Numbered from the whole stretch's first letter, positions 24,101-35,870 are shown. The stretch: DNA of 63,174 nt, filler included, from Phoronis australis (GCA_002633005.1; 9 parts of 9 records of this genome joined end to end with filler, not necessarily neighbours in it), one strand, 5' to 3'. The notes: generated by a model not told the origin, from the letters alone. Numbers and translations: made by a program.

Positions 24101-27100
24101 TTTGGCGTCCACCCCTCTTATCAACCAAACCGCTCTAAGTATGATTGTGAAAATTGGCATGTATGTTCTTACTATGAAGAGAACCGTTGACGCTGAATTT
24201 CCCATGGCTTTGATTACTGTGGCGCCTCCTAGTGGCAGTTTTTTTTTTGCGCCCATGGCTGTATCTCCCAAACCGTTTGCAGGATCTTTACAAAATTTAG
24301 CACGTGTATTTATGTGATGTTGACAACGGACGATGACGACTTTAGGATGATTCTGACTACCGGTATGCCTCTAGTGGCAATTTAAGTATTTCACATTGAC
24401 CTCTGTATTTTCATAGGTCTTCAGGTGTATACTTTGTGTTAGTTCGTGACTATGAAGGAAAAGTTCCAAGTAGAAATTTGTTTCTGGCATTCTAATGCTG
24501 TGCTAATCTCGTATGTTGGTAAATTTGTTTTGTTTCTGTGGTGCTTTAAGCAACTGATGTATAGGATGTGCTTGTATTATGAAGATCACTCACATTTTGC
24601 CCCTAGCCTATTGAGGAGACAATGACCATGCCTTTCCATTTTGCAAAGTACAACATTCTACATATATGCCCTCTACTGGCCACTTTATGGTACCAATAAA
24701 CAATCCTAGAAGGATACCGTATACGATGCAATTGTGGGCGCATTTCAATGCTCTGCGTTGCTCTTGTTGATATTTTTGGCTTTCAACACAACTGTTAATT
24801 TTCCAAACTAGGGGCAACTTTGTGTGTTTGAACTACTTACTATTCTCAATTCACAAGCAACTCTGTCTCAGGCAATTTGATTTACCTTCAAGCAACGGAA
24901 ATATCAGCCACCAAACATTGTTTTTAAAAGTTCCAAGCTGTCATTTTTGACAGTTGATATCTATGTTGTTTGAGCGAAAATCAAAAGTGTGAGACACGAT
25001 CCTCTCAGTCATAGTGCGCAAAATTTGTTGCAAATTGTTCCACGTACTATTAGAAATCAGTGTTCAAAACTTACTGGTGTCAAGAATCAAAAGAAACAAT
25101 GTAATTAGCTGATAAAGATTTACCACGCAATTGAAATCAATTGAAGTTATTCGAAACATCTCACATATTTGGTATGTTTTTTAAAAATATTTTTCGTGTG
25201 GGAATATTACAGTTTTGAAAAAAAATCAAACTTGACAACTAAATCCATATTTATTACTAAAAAAACATGTGAGCCTGGCGGTGAGCTCACCTAATTACTG
25301 AATTTGAATTGTTTTTTATGACAAATTAAAGTTAAAAAACAAGGCTTGGTGTTGATTGTCGCACTAGTTATGAGCCTGGAATGTACACTGTTTCATCGGC
25401 GGGATTTGTACCCCACGCCCTGCAAGGACAGTCCCCAGAATATCTTTCAACAAGGACTTTCAAATATCCCTAAGGGTGTATATGAGGAACCCCAAAACCT
25501 TCAAAACATGACCAGGGTTAAGTGAATTCCCAAAACATGCACTATGATAAAGTAAAATTCATTAGAATAACCCCCAGCCCCCTTATTGCCAAAATCCAGC
25601 ATCTATGCGTAACTTTCTTGGACCTGCGTAAAATTTTATTGTATATAATATATATATACCCAAGTGACTGGCCACCCCATTTTGCCCCGGGCATTCCTGC
25701 TAGAGTTTGTGAGCCTAGAATTACACTTTGTGTTTATACCCCCAGGGATATCACCTGCCAAAATTATTGCAAATCTCTGTGTTTATACCCCAGGTATATC
25801 ACCATCCAGAGTTACTACTTATCTCTGTGTTTATACCCCCAGGCATATCACCAGCCAGAGTTATTACATGATGAATTCACAGCCACTCAATTTACTCGGC
25901 GCATTCACCGCCGAGATCTAGGCAAGCGTATGTTGCACCGACCTCCTCACACTAATGGATGGTAAGTGGGGTGCAGCAGATTTATTGGGAATAACTTGAA
26001 TATCATGATCTTCATATTTGTCTAGAGATAAAAAATAATTCTAAAAGCTTATACCTGATGAGAGGTCATGAAATGATCTTAAGGCCCTTTCATATTGACT
26101 TAACTCCGAGTGGAGCATCGACGTAAACAGGGAAATTGACTGGACCGTTCATACTGGCTTCGGTAGTTAATGAACATGGAAGTAAACGGTAGGTGACGCT
26201 GTCATTATCACAAGGTAGCGCTGCACGCTATTTTTTCAAAGTGACAATTTGGGAACATTCAATGTGCTAATTGACAAAACTTGTTTTTAAATCGTTTGGT
26301 GATTATTAGATCAAAATATAAGCAACTATTAGCAACGGCACTACCCTGTAACAGGCAAGTTGACAACTGTGCTGTTCCCATCACCTGGTGGGAAAGAAAG
26401 ACTTCAAGAACAGGCAAGGAATTGTAACCAACTGTGCTGTTCCCATCACCTGGTGGGAAAGGAAGACTTCAAGAACAGGCAAGGAATTGTAACCAACTTG
26501 ATATTTACATATCACTGTAGTCACAAAAAATTCACGCAATCAAGGGGGAACAAATCCTCCTTTTGCCTGTTCTGGCAAATTTATGTCACATGCCCTTCCA
26601 AAAAGCAATCAAGGGGGAAAAAACCTCCTTTTGCCTGTTCTGGCAAATTTATGTCACATGCCCTTCCAAAAAGCCAAGTCTAGATAGGCCTATGGTTGAC
26701 AGTCTTTTCACACTGTGGTTATATTTAAATGTTGAAACAATTTCCAGGTCTTATAAGGAAATAACTGAAGAGGATCTTAAGTTCCCATTGGTCAGTGGAG
26801 AAGGGAAACGGGTAAGATTTGTGTTGATGTTAAGTGTTTTGAGTAAAGTTACAGGAAGTGGTTTTGTGTAAAGACTGTGTTTTTGATGTCTCCACACTCT
26901 CCAAAAGTGGATGATTTGGGTTTCAAATGTAGTTGCAATACTTTTATTAAAATACCTTTTATACATTATGATTTTATTTGATACAATGAAAACAAAAGAT
27001 TGAAAATAATGTTAAGGCGATTTCCTGTCATGGAAAATGTGGAAATGATGAAAATAGTTTCATTCATAGAAAACCCATTACAAAGTTGTCGTGGAGACGT

Positions 27101-29040
27101 CAAGAATAAAAAGAAATGGAAATTTAGTTTATGAGTCATACAATCATTTGATGCATTGCGTTGCACTTAGCATGACGTATGAACATAGAATGACTGTACG
27201 TCTCTGTTTGAAGGAAAAAAACAATTCGAGGAATGTGCAAACTACATCCTAAACAAAGGATGGAAAAGTCATAGATAATGAATCACAGTTTGAGGTGGAG
27301 CCGAGCATAAGTACATTGTATCTTGTTGCAAGAATTAGCACTTGTCACAGTGCTGTAAACTGATCCCCATGGCTACCTATAGTACTGGTTATTGCTTCTG
27401 TCTAGTGACCGAGTCTCATGTATCCTCTCACCTCAATGTTATTGTAATCTATACTATGGGCCTACGACCTCAAGGTATGATAATAAACAACCTTATGTGT
27501 ATTATGTTACTTATTGAATGAACGCCTATGTGTTGATCCTTCTTTTTTAGGCACGTATGTTGGCCACTATTGGGGTAACACGAGGCTTTGGCGACCACGA
27601 CTTGACTGTCCATGATTCAGACATTTACCTTAAACCATTCCTTACACCTATTCCAGAGGTAAATTATTTCCACTTGCTAGGTTTTTCACTAAGCTCAAAT
27701 TTTTAATTTGTAAAATTTCTCTTTGCTCAATCATTCTTTGGTTTCAGTTTTGTTGATTTTCTTTGTATAAATGATGTTTAGTTTCACCTTATTTCAACTG
27801 TATTTCAGAATCTTTCTTTTGAATAATAAGTATGATGATGTGATTTTTCATTCAAATATCTGTCCAGATCTGTGATTGTGTTCGGTGTTAAAATGTGTAA
27901 TACCATTTTTTGCAAAACTTGTGTTACAATAAAATCTTACCAATGATAGACAAATATTATTGCAAAAAATAACATTTTTTGTTTTTCAATTGTTTCTAAA
28001 GGTGTTGTCATGTATTCTCTCAAAATATTGTCTGATGGAGATAGTGGAGCAGACTATGATGAGATTGGTGAAGCATTAAGCTATGGCGTACTATGACTTT
28101 CTCTGACGATCATTAATAAGGGGTTTTTATCTATCAAGTGTGTTCCCTTGGTTACTAACTGAAGTTATGGCGAAGAGCTTCAATATTTTGCATGCCAGAG
28201 GAACACCTGAGTTTTTTGAAGTATTTGCCTGATCACAATAAAATACTGGACGTTGTAGAAGAGATGTTTTTTTAAAGTTTGAATTGTGTAACATGCATGA
28301 AAATGTGTTTGGTTCATGTATTTCATTTAACCTCTAATTTCATCAGGTGCGTGTTTACGACATGTTTGCCTACGACCACTGTGAAGATGACGTGCTCATC
28401 CTGGCCTCTGATGGATTGTGGGATATCTTATCCAATCAGCGGGTCGCAGAAATTGTAGCCAATAATTTGTCACAGTTTGAAAAGGATAACAGAGACAGGT
28501 AAACTTGTTGGACTCAGAATTCGATGTTCTTTACGAAACCAGCAACACAATGACTCAATTTGCTTTCATGTTGTCCACTCTTATGCTAGTGTGCCATGTA
28601 GTCTTTTCAGTTGTAGAAACTGACTTTAGTGTAGCAGTTGTTATATAAATTTTCAACTGGGCCCATGGGCTAATATCCCAACTCGAAATCAAACTGAGAA
28701 TTATTTTTGACGTTTTGCATTCTACTTTAATGCTATCTCAGAGTAAGTGTCTACAAATCTGTGCTGGGATATATCATGGGCCCATACACTGCTCTTGTGT
28801 AAAGTTTTGCATCTGTTTCCTAATTACAAAGTTGTTAGTTGTGTTTCGTGTAGGTACGCATCGGCTGCACAGGAATTAGTGTTAAACGGTCGAGGTGAGC
28901 CCAAAGGTGAAGCCTGGAGAACAGCCAATGACAAGCCAGCGTCCGGCGACGATATATCTGTATTTGTCATTCCACTTAATCACTACGGTATTGCAGAGCT
29001 GCAGAGTAGTTCCACGGAGTCATCATTTGACGCTTCATGA
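21036..29040 (+). CDS. PPM1H: PPM1H-like metal-dependent protein phosphatase (PP2C), 8 coding exons, 5' part not located
   Basis: join(21036-21134,22200-22358,22900-23097,25843-25961,26748-26811,27551-27658,28347-28498,28854-29040); all GT-AG with consistent phases; FDGHAG, GGCTA, ANAGD, TRGFGD, SDGLWD and GDDIS motifs plus the PPM1H-type flap. Confidence 0.93.
21172..21370 (+). mobile_element. Degenerate tRNA-derived SINE (same family as 34606-34848)
   Basis: Shares AGGTCGTGGGT, CTAGCTCCT.AGCTCG, CCAGGTGATCA.TGCAATGGGCCC and CAGACCGCCT.CAATTATTTTT with the 34606 copy. Confidence 0.65.
22200..22358 (+). CDS. PPM1H: PPM1H-like exon (AKLSDVFE...LVIGALEQAFIAM)
   Basis: tgtag| ... ATG|gtatgt; resembles LVIGALESAFKEM of human PPM1H. 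Confidence 0.92.
22900..23097 (+). CDS. PPM1H: PPM1H-like exon (DEQIARER...GGCTAL...ANAGDCRA...FTPETERARLQSI)
   Basis: tatag| ... ATT|gtaagt. Confidence 0.95.
23119..23280 (+). mobile_element. Degenerate tRNA-headed SINE
   Basis: A-box-like GTGGCTCAGGGGTTAGCG, then GTCTTTGAATGAGGCACTT and TAAATGAATACC core-like motifs. Confidence 0.45.
23305..24420 (+). mobile_element. Helentron-associated (HINE/DINE-1-like) element with ~453-nt higher-order repeat of three ~150-nt subunits, in a PPM1H intron
   Basis: (CCGT)n microsatellite near the start, recurrent ATGAAATTTGG cores, 23444-23896 repeated at 23897-24350; related copy at 59650-60524. Confidence 0.65.
25843..25961 (+). CDS. PPM1H: PPM1H-like flap exon (AYHQPELLHDEFTATQFTRRIHRRDLGKRMLHRPPHTNGW)
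   Basis: cccag| ... TG|gtaagt; resembles human AFMQPHLLGNEFTHLEFPRR...GW. Confidence 0.93.
26364..26672. repeat. Two adjacent short intronic tandem duplications (~65 nt x2 and ~71 nt x2)
   Basis: CAACTGTGCTGTTCCCATCACC... twice; GCAATCAAGGGGGAA...CCCTTCCAAAAA twice. Confidence 0.85.
26748..26811 (+). CDS. PPM1H: PPM1H-like exon (SYKEITEEDLKFPLVSGEGKR)
   Basis: tccag| ... CGG|gtaaga. Confidence 0.94.
27551..27658 (+). CDS. PPM1H: PPM1H-like exon (ARMLATIGVTRGFGDHDLTVHDSDIYLKPFLTPIPE)
   Basis: tttag| ... GAG|gtaaat. Confidence 0.95.
28347..28498 (+). CDS. PPM1H: PPM1H-like exon (VRVYDMF...DDVLILASDGLWDILSN...)
   Basis: atcag| ... AG|gtaaac. Confidence 0.95.
28854..29040 (+). CDS. PPM1H: PPM1H-like last coding exon (YASAAQELV...SGDDISVFVIPL...stop)
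   Basis: tgtag|; DDIS metal-binding motif; TGA at 29038-29040. Confidence 0.95.
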
Positions 29041-29104
29041 AGCTAATGCAAGCAACAGTACACAATGTGTTGAATATTTGCAATTAATTGTTCCAGCAGT
29101 TGTT

Positions 29105-29218
29105 TAGCAATAGTTGGATATAACATGTTGATATTTTGAGAACCAGTTGACGCCCGTTATTCAGTGTCAGTAGAAAACTGGTTCTCAAAATATGGGCACT
29201 CTATATCCGACTATTACC
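29105..29218. mobile_element. ~110-nt hairpin MITE just downstream of the PPM1H stop
   Basis: AATAGTTGGATATA...ATATTTTGAGAACCAGTT / AACTGGTTCTCAAAATAT...TATATCCGACTATT inverted arms. Confidence 0.8.
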
Positions 29219-29687
29219 CATTATCTGATGTCCCATGAAGATATTACGGTCTAGATTAGATGTTTCACTGCATATTTGCAAAGTAGTGCTCTTGAGTCTC
29301 CATTCGAAGCTGCATAAGGTCGTCACCATGTTTGTTAGGAACTGGTGTTAGTACGAACTTCAGGTCTGTCAGTGCTGTATATAGCGTTGTTACATAAAAG
29401 AAATAATCCATTCACTGGGCAAAAATGTTAATATGGGATGAGGACATTCAAAATGTTGTCATAGTGTTGGCAATAGGGGGCAATAGGGTATGTTACAACA
29501 TTCCACTGACATGATTGACATGTTTGTCACTTTCTTTGTTGTTTATGTAAGTTTATTGTACAGTCACATTTTAATGTACATTCTGCTCTAGATGGTTACT
29601 AAGGTTAGCTGTGATATAAACAACGTTAGTTTTAGGTTTGATCTAGGGTTTGGATCGATTAGGTGGTGTTTAGGATTTTTTGTGCTA

Positions 29688-29885
29688 TGTGATATATGCT
29701 GCTTTCACACTAAATCACAATTCTTGTGTTCTGTGATATATGCTGCTTTCACACTAAATCACAATTCTTGTGTTCTGTGATATTTGCTGCTTTCACACTA
29801 AATCACAATTCTTGTGTTCTGTGATATTTGCTGGTTTCACACTAAAGCACAATTCTTTTGCTTTGTGATATGTGCTGCTTTCACA
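29688..29885. repeat. 44-nt minisatellite, about 4.5 copies
   Basis: Unit TGTGATATATGCTGCTTTCACACTAAATCACAATTCTTGTGTTC. Confidence 0.92.
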
Positions 29886-30557
29886 CCGAAAGGTAACTGT
29901 TTCAATTTTGTTATTTATTTTTTTGCAAAATTGAAAAAAATGCCTTATGCTACTTTCACACCAAGTTAGTTTAAATTTGCAATGTAAGATATATGCTGCT
30001 TTCACACCAAATTGTTGAAGAAAGGCACAACTTTACTGTTACAGAAGGCACGTGTAACAGACTTATGCAAACTGCTGTAATAATGAACCTGTTTAGGACA
30101 ATGAAAATTTCAAATACTTTGCTCAAGCTCAGGGCTTGTACTAAATTTTAGAAATAGGCAATATTAGCCATTCCAAATTCAAGAATTATGAAAAATACAG
30201 CAAATTTACTTGTGGTTAAAAGCTCGGAGTTGATGTGGTATGATAGGGGCTAAACACGTTTCATTTTTGCTGTAATACTTTGTAACACGTAATCAGTCAT
30301 AAACATCGCGGACTTTATGTCTGAATTTCATATTTCTGTGATACAAAATGCAGTGTCTAATATTTTAGAAATATCACGAGCATCACAATTACCCCTGTCC
30401 CAATTTTCAGAATGAAGAAAATTTAATGTTGGCTATAAAATTTTGGTGTCCCAATTTGGAGAATTATTACCATAATACTGTGAGGAAAGGACACAATATT
30501 ACTATACTTTTAATTTTGGCAATCTTTAAGTTAAGCAGTTCTCACGTATGCCATGTC

Positions 30558-30812
30558 AGGTCATGTCAGAGCGTACCCCTCTACATGGCATCATGCTGCT
30601 CAGGGGATAGGTCATGTCAGAGCGTACCCCTCTACATGGCATCATGCTGCTCAGGGGGTAGGTCATGTCAGAGCATACCCGTCAACATGGCATCATGCTG
30701 TTCAGGGGGTAGGTCATGTCAGAGCTTACCCCTCAACATGGCATCATGCTGCTCAGGGGGTAGGTCATGTCGGAGCGTACCCCTCTGCATGGCATCATGC
30801 TGCTCAGGGGGT
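30558..30812. repeat. 51-nt minisatellite, 5 copies
   Basis: Unit AGGTCATGTCAGAGCGTACCCCTCTACATGGCATCATGCTGCTCAGGGG(G/A)T. Confidence 0.95.
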
Positions 30813-31720
30813 AGAAGATTAATTAATGTGAGGTTGTATCATCCGTGAGAACATCAGATGTGACGCTGCTGTGGGGACTTTTGTTTTGTGTTGGGTTGTT
30901 TGGTTTTGTTCAAAATATTAGTGAAGATTTCTTACATTATTGTTGGTTTGAAAAGGTGAGAGGTGTCATATTGGTGACTCCTGCTTTAAAACCTGGTACA
31001 ACGGTGGTTAGGTGGCTGTTAAGACATCAAATTAAAATATACCAAGTTGGTGAAAGTAAATCCAGGTTACTGATATCTAAATGGGTTTTGAAGTGGTAAA
31101 GTAGTGAAATTTAGTTCTAAATTATATTGCCCTTTTTACACTAACTCACTTTGTGCTTGTAGGAGGTAACTAGTCCCCATAGTGGCTTGAAATTTTGTGC
31201 AATTGCAAATCATGAGTGTCATTCACACACAATAGCCCTTTTAAAATTGACTGTAAGATCGGTGAAAGCAAGTCTTTGTACATGCTGCTCTTAATCATAC
31301 AACTGTCCCAGTTAGTTAGTGTGAGTAAATGAAGGTTAACAAAGGGTTTATGGGCCTGACTGAGGAGATAATTATTTTGTTGCCCCTCATGGGTTTTGAA
31401 TGGCCAAGCCCCAAACGTGCTACCACATTTGCTTAGTGTCTGTTGTTTTGGTTGTGTATACTAAGAACTGTGCCCTGGTCTATTGAAAAGATGGCACTCT
31501 GTGACTTCAAATGACTTTGTATTGAGAGATGGTATGGGAATTTGCTTGTGATTTTTCTGTTGGTGTTGTAGTCTTAAAGAAATATTGTAAACTATGTGAA
31601 ATGTACTTTTAAATGTCCATACAGAGATCTGTCATGTGTCTGATGCTTTATAGTAACTTAGTTTCGTTGACGGAAGTCAACTGACTTTGCAACAGGGTAG
31701 GTAGTTGGTAGTTGTTCATT

Positions 31721-32073
31721 GGAGGAGAGGAGGGAAAGTAGTCAGGGGATAGTGGAGAGGTGTAGGGAAAGGGAGAGAGATGGCAGGAAAGGGAGAGAGG
31801 TGGGGAGGGAGAGAGAGATGGACGGAGGGGGGGAGTGAGAGAGATTTATTAACTTTTAATTGTAAGATCAGGTAGGCGTCATCAGGTGGGGAGGGCAGGA
31901 AAGATGGAGGGAGACAGGTGGGGAGGGAAAGAGAGATGAAAGAGGGGGGGAGAGTGAGAGGGATTGAGGTAGAGGGAGAGAGCTGGGTAGGGAGAGAGAG
32001 ATGGAGGGAAGGGGAAGAGTGAGAGAGATGGAGGTAGAGGGAGAGAGATGGAGGTAGGGGGAGAGTGAGAGAA
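31721..32073. repeat. Polypurine (G/A-rich) low-complexity tracts
   Basis: Runs of GGAGAGAGAGATGG and GGGGAGGG interrupted by a short AT-rich segment. Confidence 0.85.
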
Positions 32074-34384
32074 GTTTGTTGACATATTATTTTATGTTCA
32101 GGTATGCATCATGTCGGGAATATAACCACAGGTGAATAAAATATAAATGCAATTATGTGTCTACAAATTCTGCTCGCGTAATGAGAGTTGTTTTATTGTT
32201 ACTACTTAATTTATAATTTATCAAGCGAAAGTGTCACTTTTGTGTTGTGCTATGCAATCAAGAATTTCAAAATTCATTCTGAACGAAGTCTAAGATCTCA
32301 TGACTTCCATTATGTTGTTAGTCACAAGAAGAGGCCCAGTTATGTTTTTTTTTTGTTTTTACAGATTTTATTTGCATGTTATTAATTTTCGTTTGTGTAA
32401 TCATTTTGTCATACTTTGGAAATTCTGTTTTGATAATTATTTATGCATTGTGATTGTTATTTAAACAGTAAAACCTTAAATTTTTGTTTTCTTTTCTTCC
32501 AAGTATTCTCACCCAATATTGCCAACAATTCTCACTCCAGTCTTCTGCGTCATGGGTTACGTCATCACGGGGACGAACATCCGATTCAGCACACGATTCA
32601 TCTTTCTCCAAAAATTTTAGAAAGCGTTTCTCTGTTGTTATTGATGAAGAAAAATTATAATCTTGTTTTTGGTAAAATGTTAATTGTGAAGTCGTTATTT
32701 TCACGTCAGCTGTGTGAAAAAAACGTATAGCAACGACAGAAAATATTGCTGTTATGTTTACCAATGCCAGCCACCATGACACATCTGTGCAGTCCTAAAA
32801 TCTAGTAGTGGGGCAGTTTGTGTACATTTTTCAATTTGAGCTTTTCCATCTTCTTGAAAGAGCACGTGATCTAAAATAATTTGAAATTCGTGATATTTAC
32901 ATCAATCAAAAATAAANNNNNNNNNNNNNNNNNNNNNNNNNNNNNNNNNNNNNNNNNNNNTTAATTAATTAANNNNNNNNNNNNNNNNNNNNNNNNNNNN
33001 NNNNNNNNNNNNNNNNCGGTTATCAGTTTAGGAGCAAAGAACCATAACTGGATGAGCCTCTGTTTAATCTATGAGCCTTACGCGGACCCCAAATGATGAG
33101 TTCTACTCCTGGGTTTGTGCATCTTTGTTTAAATTACAAATTCCAGGTTTTTGTGTTTTGAGAAGTAAAATATCATTGTGTCTGAATTGACATATACTTC
33201 ACTAAGTGATTGTCCACAATGCCCTACGCGCTTGCACGACTACATGTAAATCGCCCTTTTCATGATCATAGTCTCAATTCTCCAAAGCGAGCGTGTGATG
33301 ACGTAAGCAGTCTTCATGAGTTTATCATGAGTACCGGGTAAACAATGGAGAATACGTCCGATTTTAACGAGGAACTCATGCGCTTTCAAAGCGAGCAATC
33401 GGATTTGTCTGCCAAAGCAATGGCAAGGAAGTTGACGACATTGGCAATGAGCTGGAGCGAGAACAGGTGCCGGTGATGTGCAAAGTAGCTCCCGATTGGC
33501 TTAAATCGGCTGTGTTGGTGTTAGCACTAATCGGTGAAACTTGGACCTGAGCTTGCAGTTTGTTTTCAATCGACCTTTTTAGTTTTTCGTGAGCTAGGAA
33601 AATCGTTTGGAGAAAGTTGGAATAATTACCGACCACGACACCAACGCCAACGTAAACAGTGGACGATTCCCCGATCACTCATTGATGTTACAGTGCTTGT
33701 GACATCAAACGCACCGGGGGGTAACATTGACCTCGGAATTTTTTCATTTTATTGAAGCCGACAAAAATCATGTCGGCTTGTGTTAAACACCAACGTTCGC
33801 CACAGGCACGAGTCCAGGGTCTCGAGTTGAGCATTCACAGCGCCAGCGTACTCGAGTGGTGGAGAACTTGAGCGAACCCTTTTTACGTTGCGCTCAATGG
33901 AGAACCGACTGTCACAAACAGATTACTCTTAAAATAGTGAGAAAAGGGCGAAAACAGTGGTATCTTATAAATACATGCCATCAGTACGTGAATCCGTTTC
34001 TGTCGTCTGCTCCACTGTGCAATGAAGAAAATTACTTCATTTTTTTATGAAAACGGATTCTGAGTCACGATGAAGAAACAGAAGCAGGTGTTAGGATGTA
34101 AATTTTAATCAAAAGTCTTAGTGAATCACGCAGAAACTCATAATTCTCTCTTTGTCAAACATTAAAATTAAGACGATTTCCACAGCAATCGCGTGGTCAA
34201 TGCCAACACGAGAAACGGATTTAGTCTTTTGGACAACTGAAGACTATTTTAAACACAACAACTTTTGCTACGAACTGGTTGCACAAAATATAAAGCGTGT
34301 AACAAACATTACGGAAAGAAGCAGGTTCGCGCTCGCAAACACCGTGGAACGTATACAAGTATGTCTCTCAGTAGGATACATTAT

Positions 34385-34460
34385 GCGGAAGCGTGGTTGC
34401 TTAGTGGTAAAGCACGCGCACTCTGGCAGACGAGTAGTGAGTTCAAGTTCTTATCACCTA
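34385..34460 (+). mobile_element. tRNA-like SINE head, degenerate
   Basis: A-box-like TGGTTGCTTAGTGG and B-box-like GAGTTCAAGTTC; no intact cloverleaf. Confidence 0.45.
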
Positions 34461-34605
34461 CTGATCTGTAGTTTTACACGCTTTTTTCAAGGAAAATGCT
34501 TGTTTTTAAAGGCAACCCCCCATTCGGCGCTATGGGCCTCTACAATCGTGTTTTGCGCGATTGTTTACGAGACAAAATGTTGGCCCCCCTTATGATATCT
34601 TAAGA

Positions 34606-34848
34606 GGAGGCAGTGTGGCCTGGTTGATAAGTGCCCGCTTTCTTTACTCGAGGTCGTGGGTTTGAGTCCCACCAGGTCACACTGCTAAACTCTTGGGCCA
34701 GGTTTCTAGCTCCTCAGCTCGGTTTTAACCCTATACATTGTATTACTAAAGCATAAAAATATTTCCAGGTGATCACTGCAATGGGCCCACATGCGAGGCC
34801 TGCGCACGTCTGGTACAACATGTATCAGACCGCCTGCAATTATTTTTT
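34606..34848 (+). mobile_element. tRNA-derived SINE
   Basis: A-box TGGCCTGGTTG, B-box GGTTTGAGTCCC, body shared with 21172-21370. Confidence 0.7.
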
Positions 34849-35399
34849 TATATGATATCCTACATCCGCCACGTAGCTGGCCTTGTTGCCAAAAACGTTG
34901 GCATTTTAGATGAACTGCAAGATTGAACACATGTGGATCTCAGGAAGAAAAAGGAGTCCGTAACAATGGCGAATATTTAGGGTATGGCATAATAACAACG
35001 TGTTGACAAACTATCAGATCTTACCCTTCCGTTAGCGTACAGGAGAAATGCAGCTAAATCGCCAGGATTTTGACTGAGGGCTTAACTGACCATTTGGAAC
35101 TCATCATTCTTGACACACCTTCGTTTTCAAGCCGCCATTTTAACCGACAAACAACAGGTTGCCGGGTAAAACTTATTGTTTGTTAATCGACATTACGCAA
35201 GGAGGCGGAGCTTGCGATAGGTCAATTGGCTTTACTCTACCTAACTATAAGATGGTGGACTCGTTTGCTCTTCTAAAGCAACCTCATCAATTGGTTACAA
35301 TAAATTGCAGTCTGGAGCTCCCCCTGATGGTCATGTTGCCCTGCGGACTGAAAGTAACCCGCCGTGATCAGCATTTTTTATTGACCTGGTCTGAAGTAG

Positions 35400-35511
35400 C
35401 GGCAATACCCGGATACAACGTGCCCGTATTTTGAGAACCAGTGTGATGCCCGTTATTCAGCGGACAAAACTGATTCTCAAAATTCGGGCACGTTATATCC
35501 GACCATTACCG
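35400..35511. mobile_element. ~110-nt hairpin MITE, best-preserved copy
   Basis: CGGCAATACCCGGATACAACGTGCCCGTATTTTGAGAACCAG / CTGATTCTCAAAATTCGGGCACGTTATATCCGACCATTACCG. Confidence 0.8.
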
Positions 35512-35870
35512 AAATACTGTAACAATGACCATTTTCGTTCTCAATAATTATCTCTTATCTGATTAAGGAATAAAAAGACCGATTTTATAACTGTAAGTTC
35601 TTTAAGTCAGATGTTTTTACATAAGGCACGGGTTCACTGCCCCCTCACAAAACAGGCTTTTTTTAAAAATAACGTTTGATTTAAATAACTTACAGTTGTG
35701 AAATTGATCTCATCTTCGTGGAGTTGGTGGCTTTNNNNNNNNNNNNNNNNNNNNNNNNNNNNNNNNNNNNNNNNNNNNTTAATTAATTAANNNNNNNNNN
35801 NNNNNNNNNNNNNNNNNNNNNNNNNNNNNNNNNNCCTACATTGTAAGTTGAATGATGCCTTTTGTTACAG

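Noticed and set aside
32441-32790. Minus-strand ORF with hydrophobic start and a TGG|GTGAGA donor-like site
   Set aside because: GTG start, no recognisable domain or partner exon; could be an exon but is unsupported.
33200-33900. CpG-rich stretch with TGACGTAA and CCAAT-like boxes
   Set aside because: Promoter-like, but no linked exon found; short motifs alone are insufficient.
34385-34680. tRNA genes
   Set aside because: A and B boxes are present but no cloverleaf; one continues into a dispersed repeat body, so these are SINE heads.
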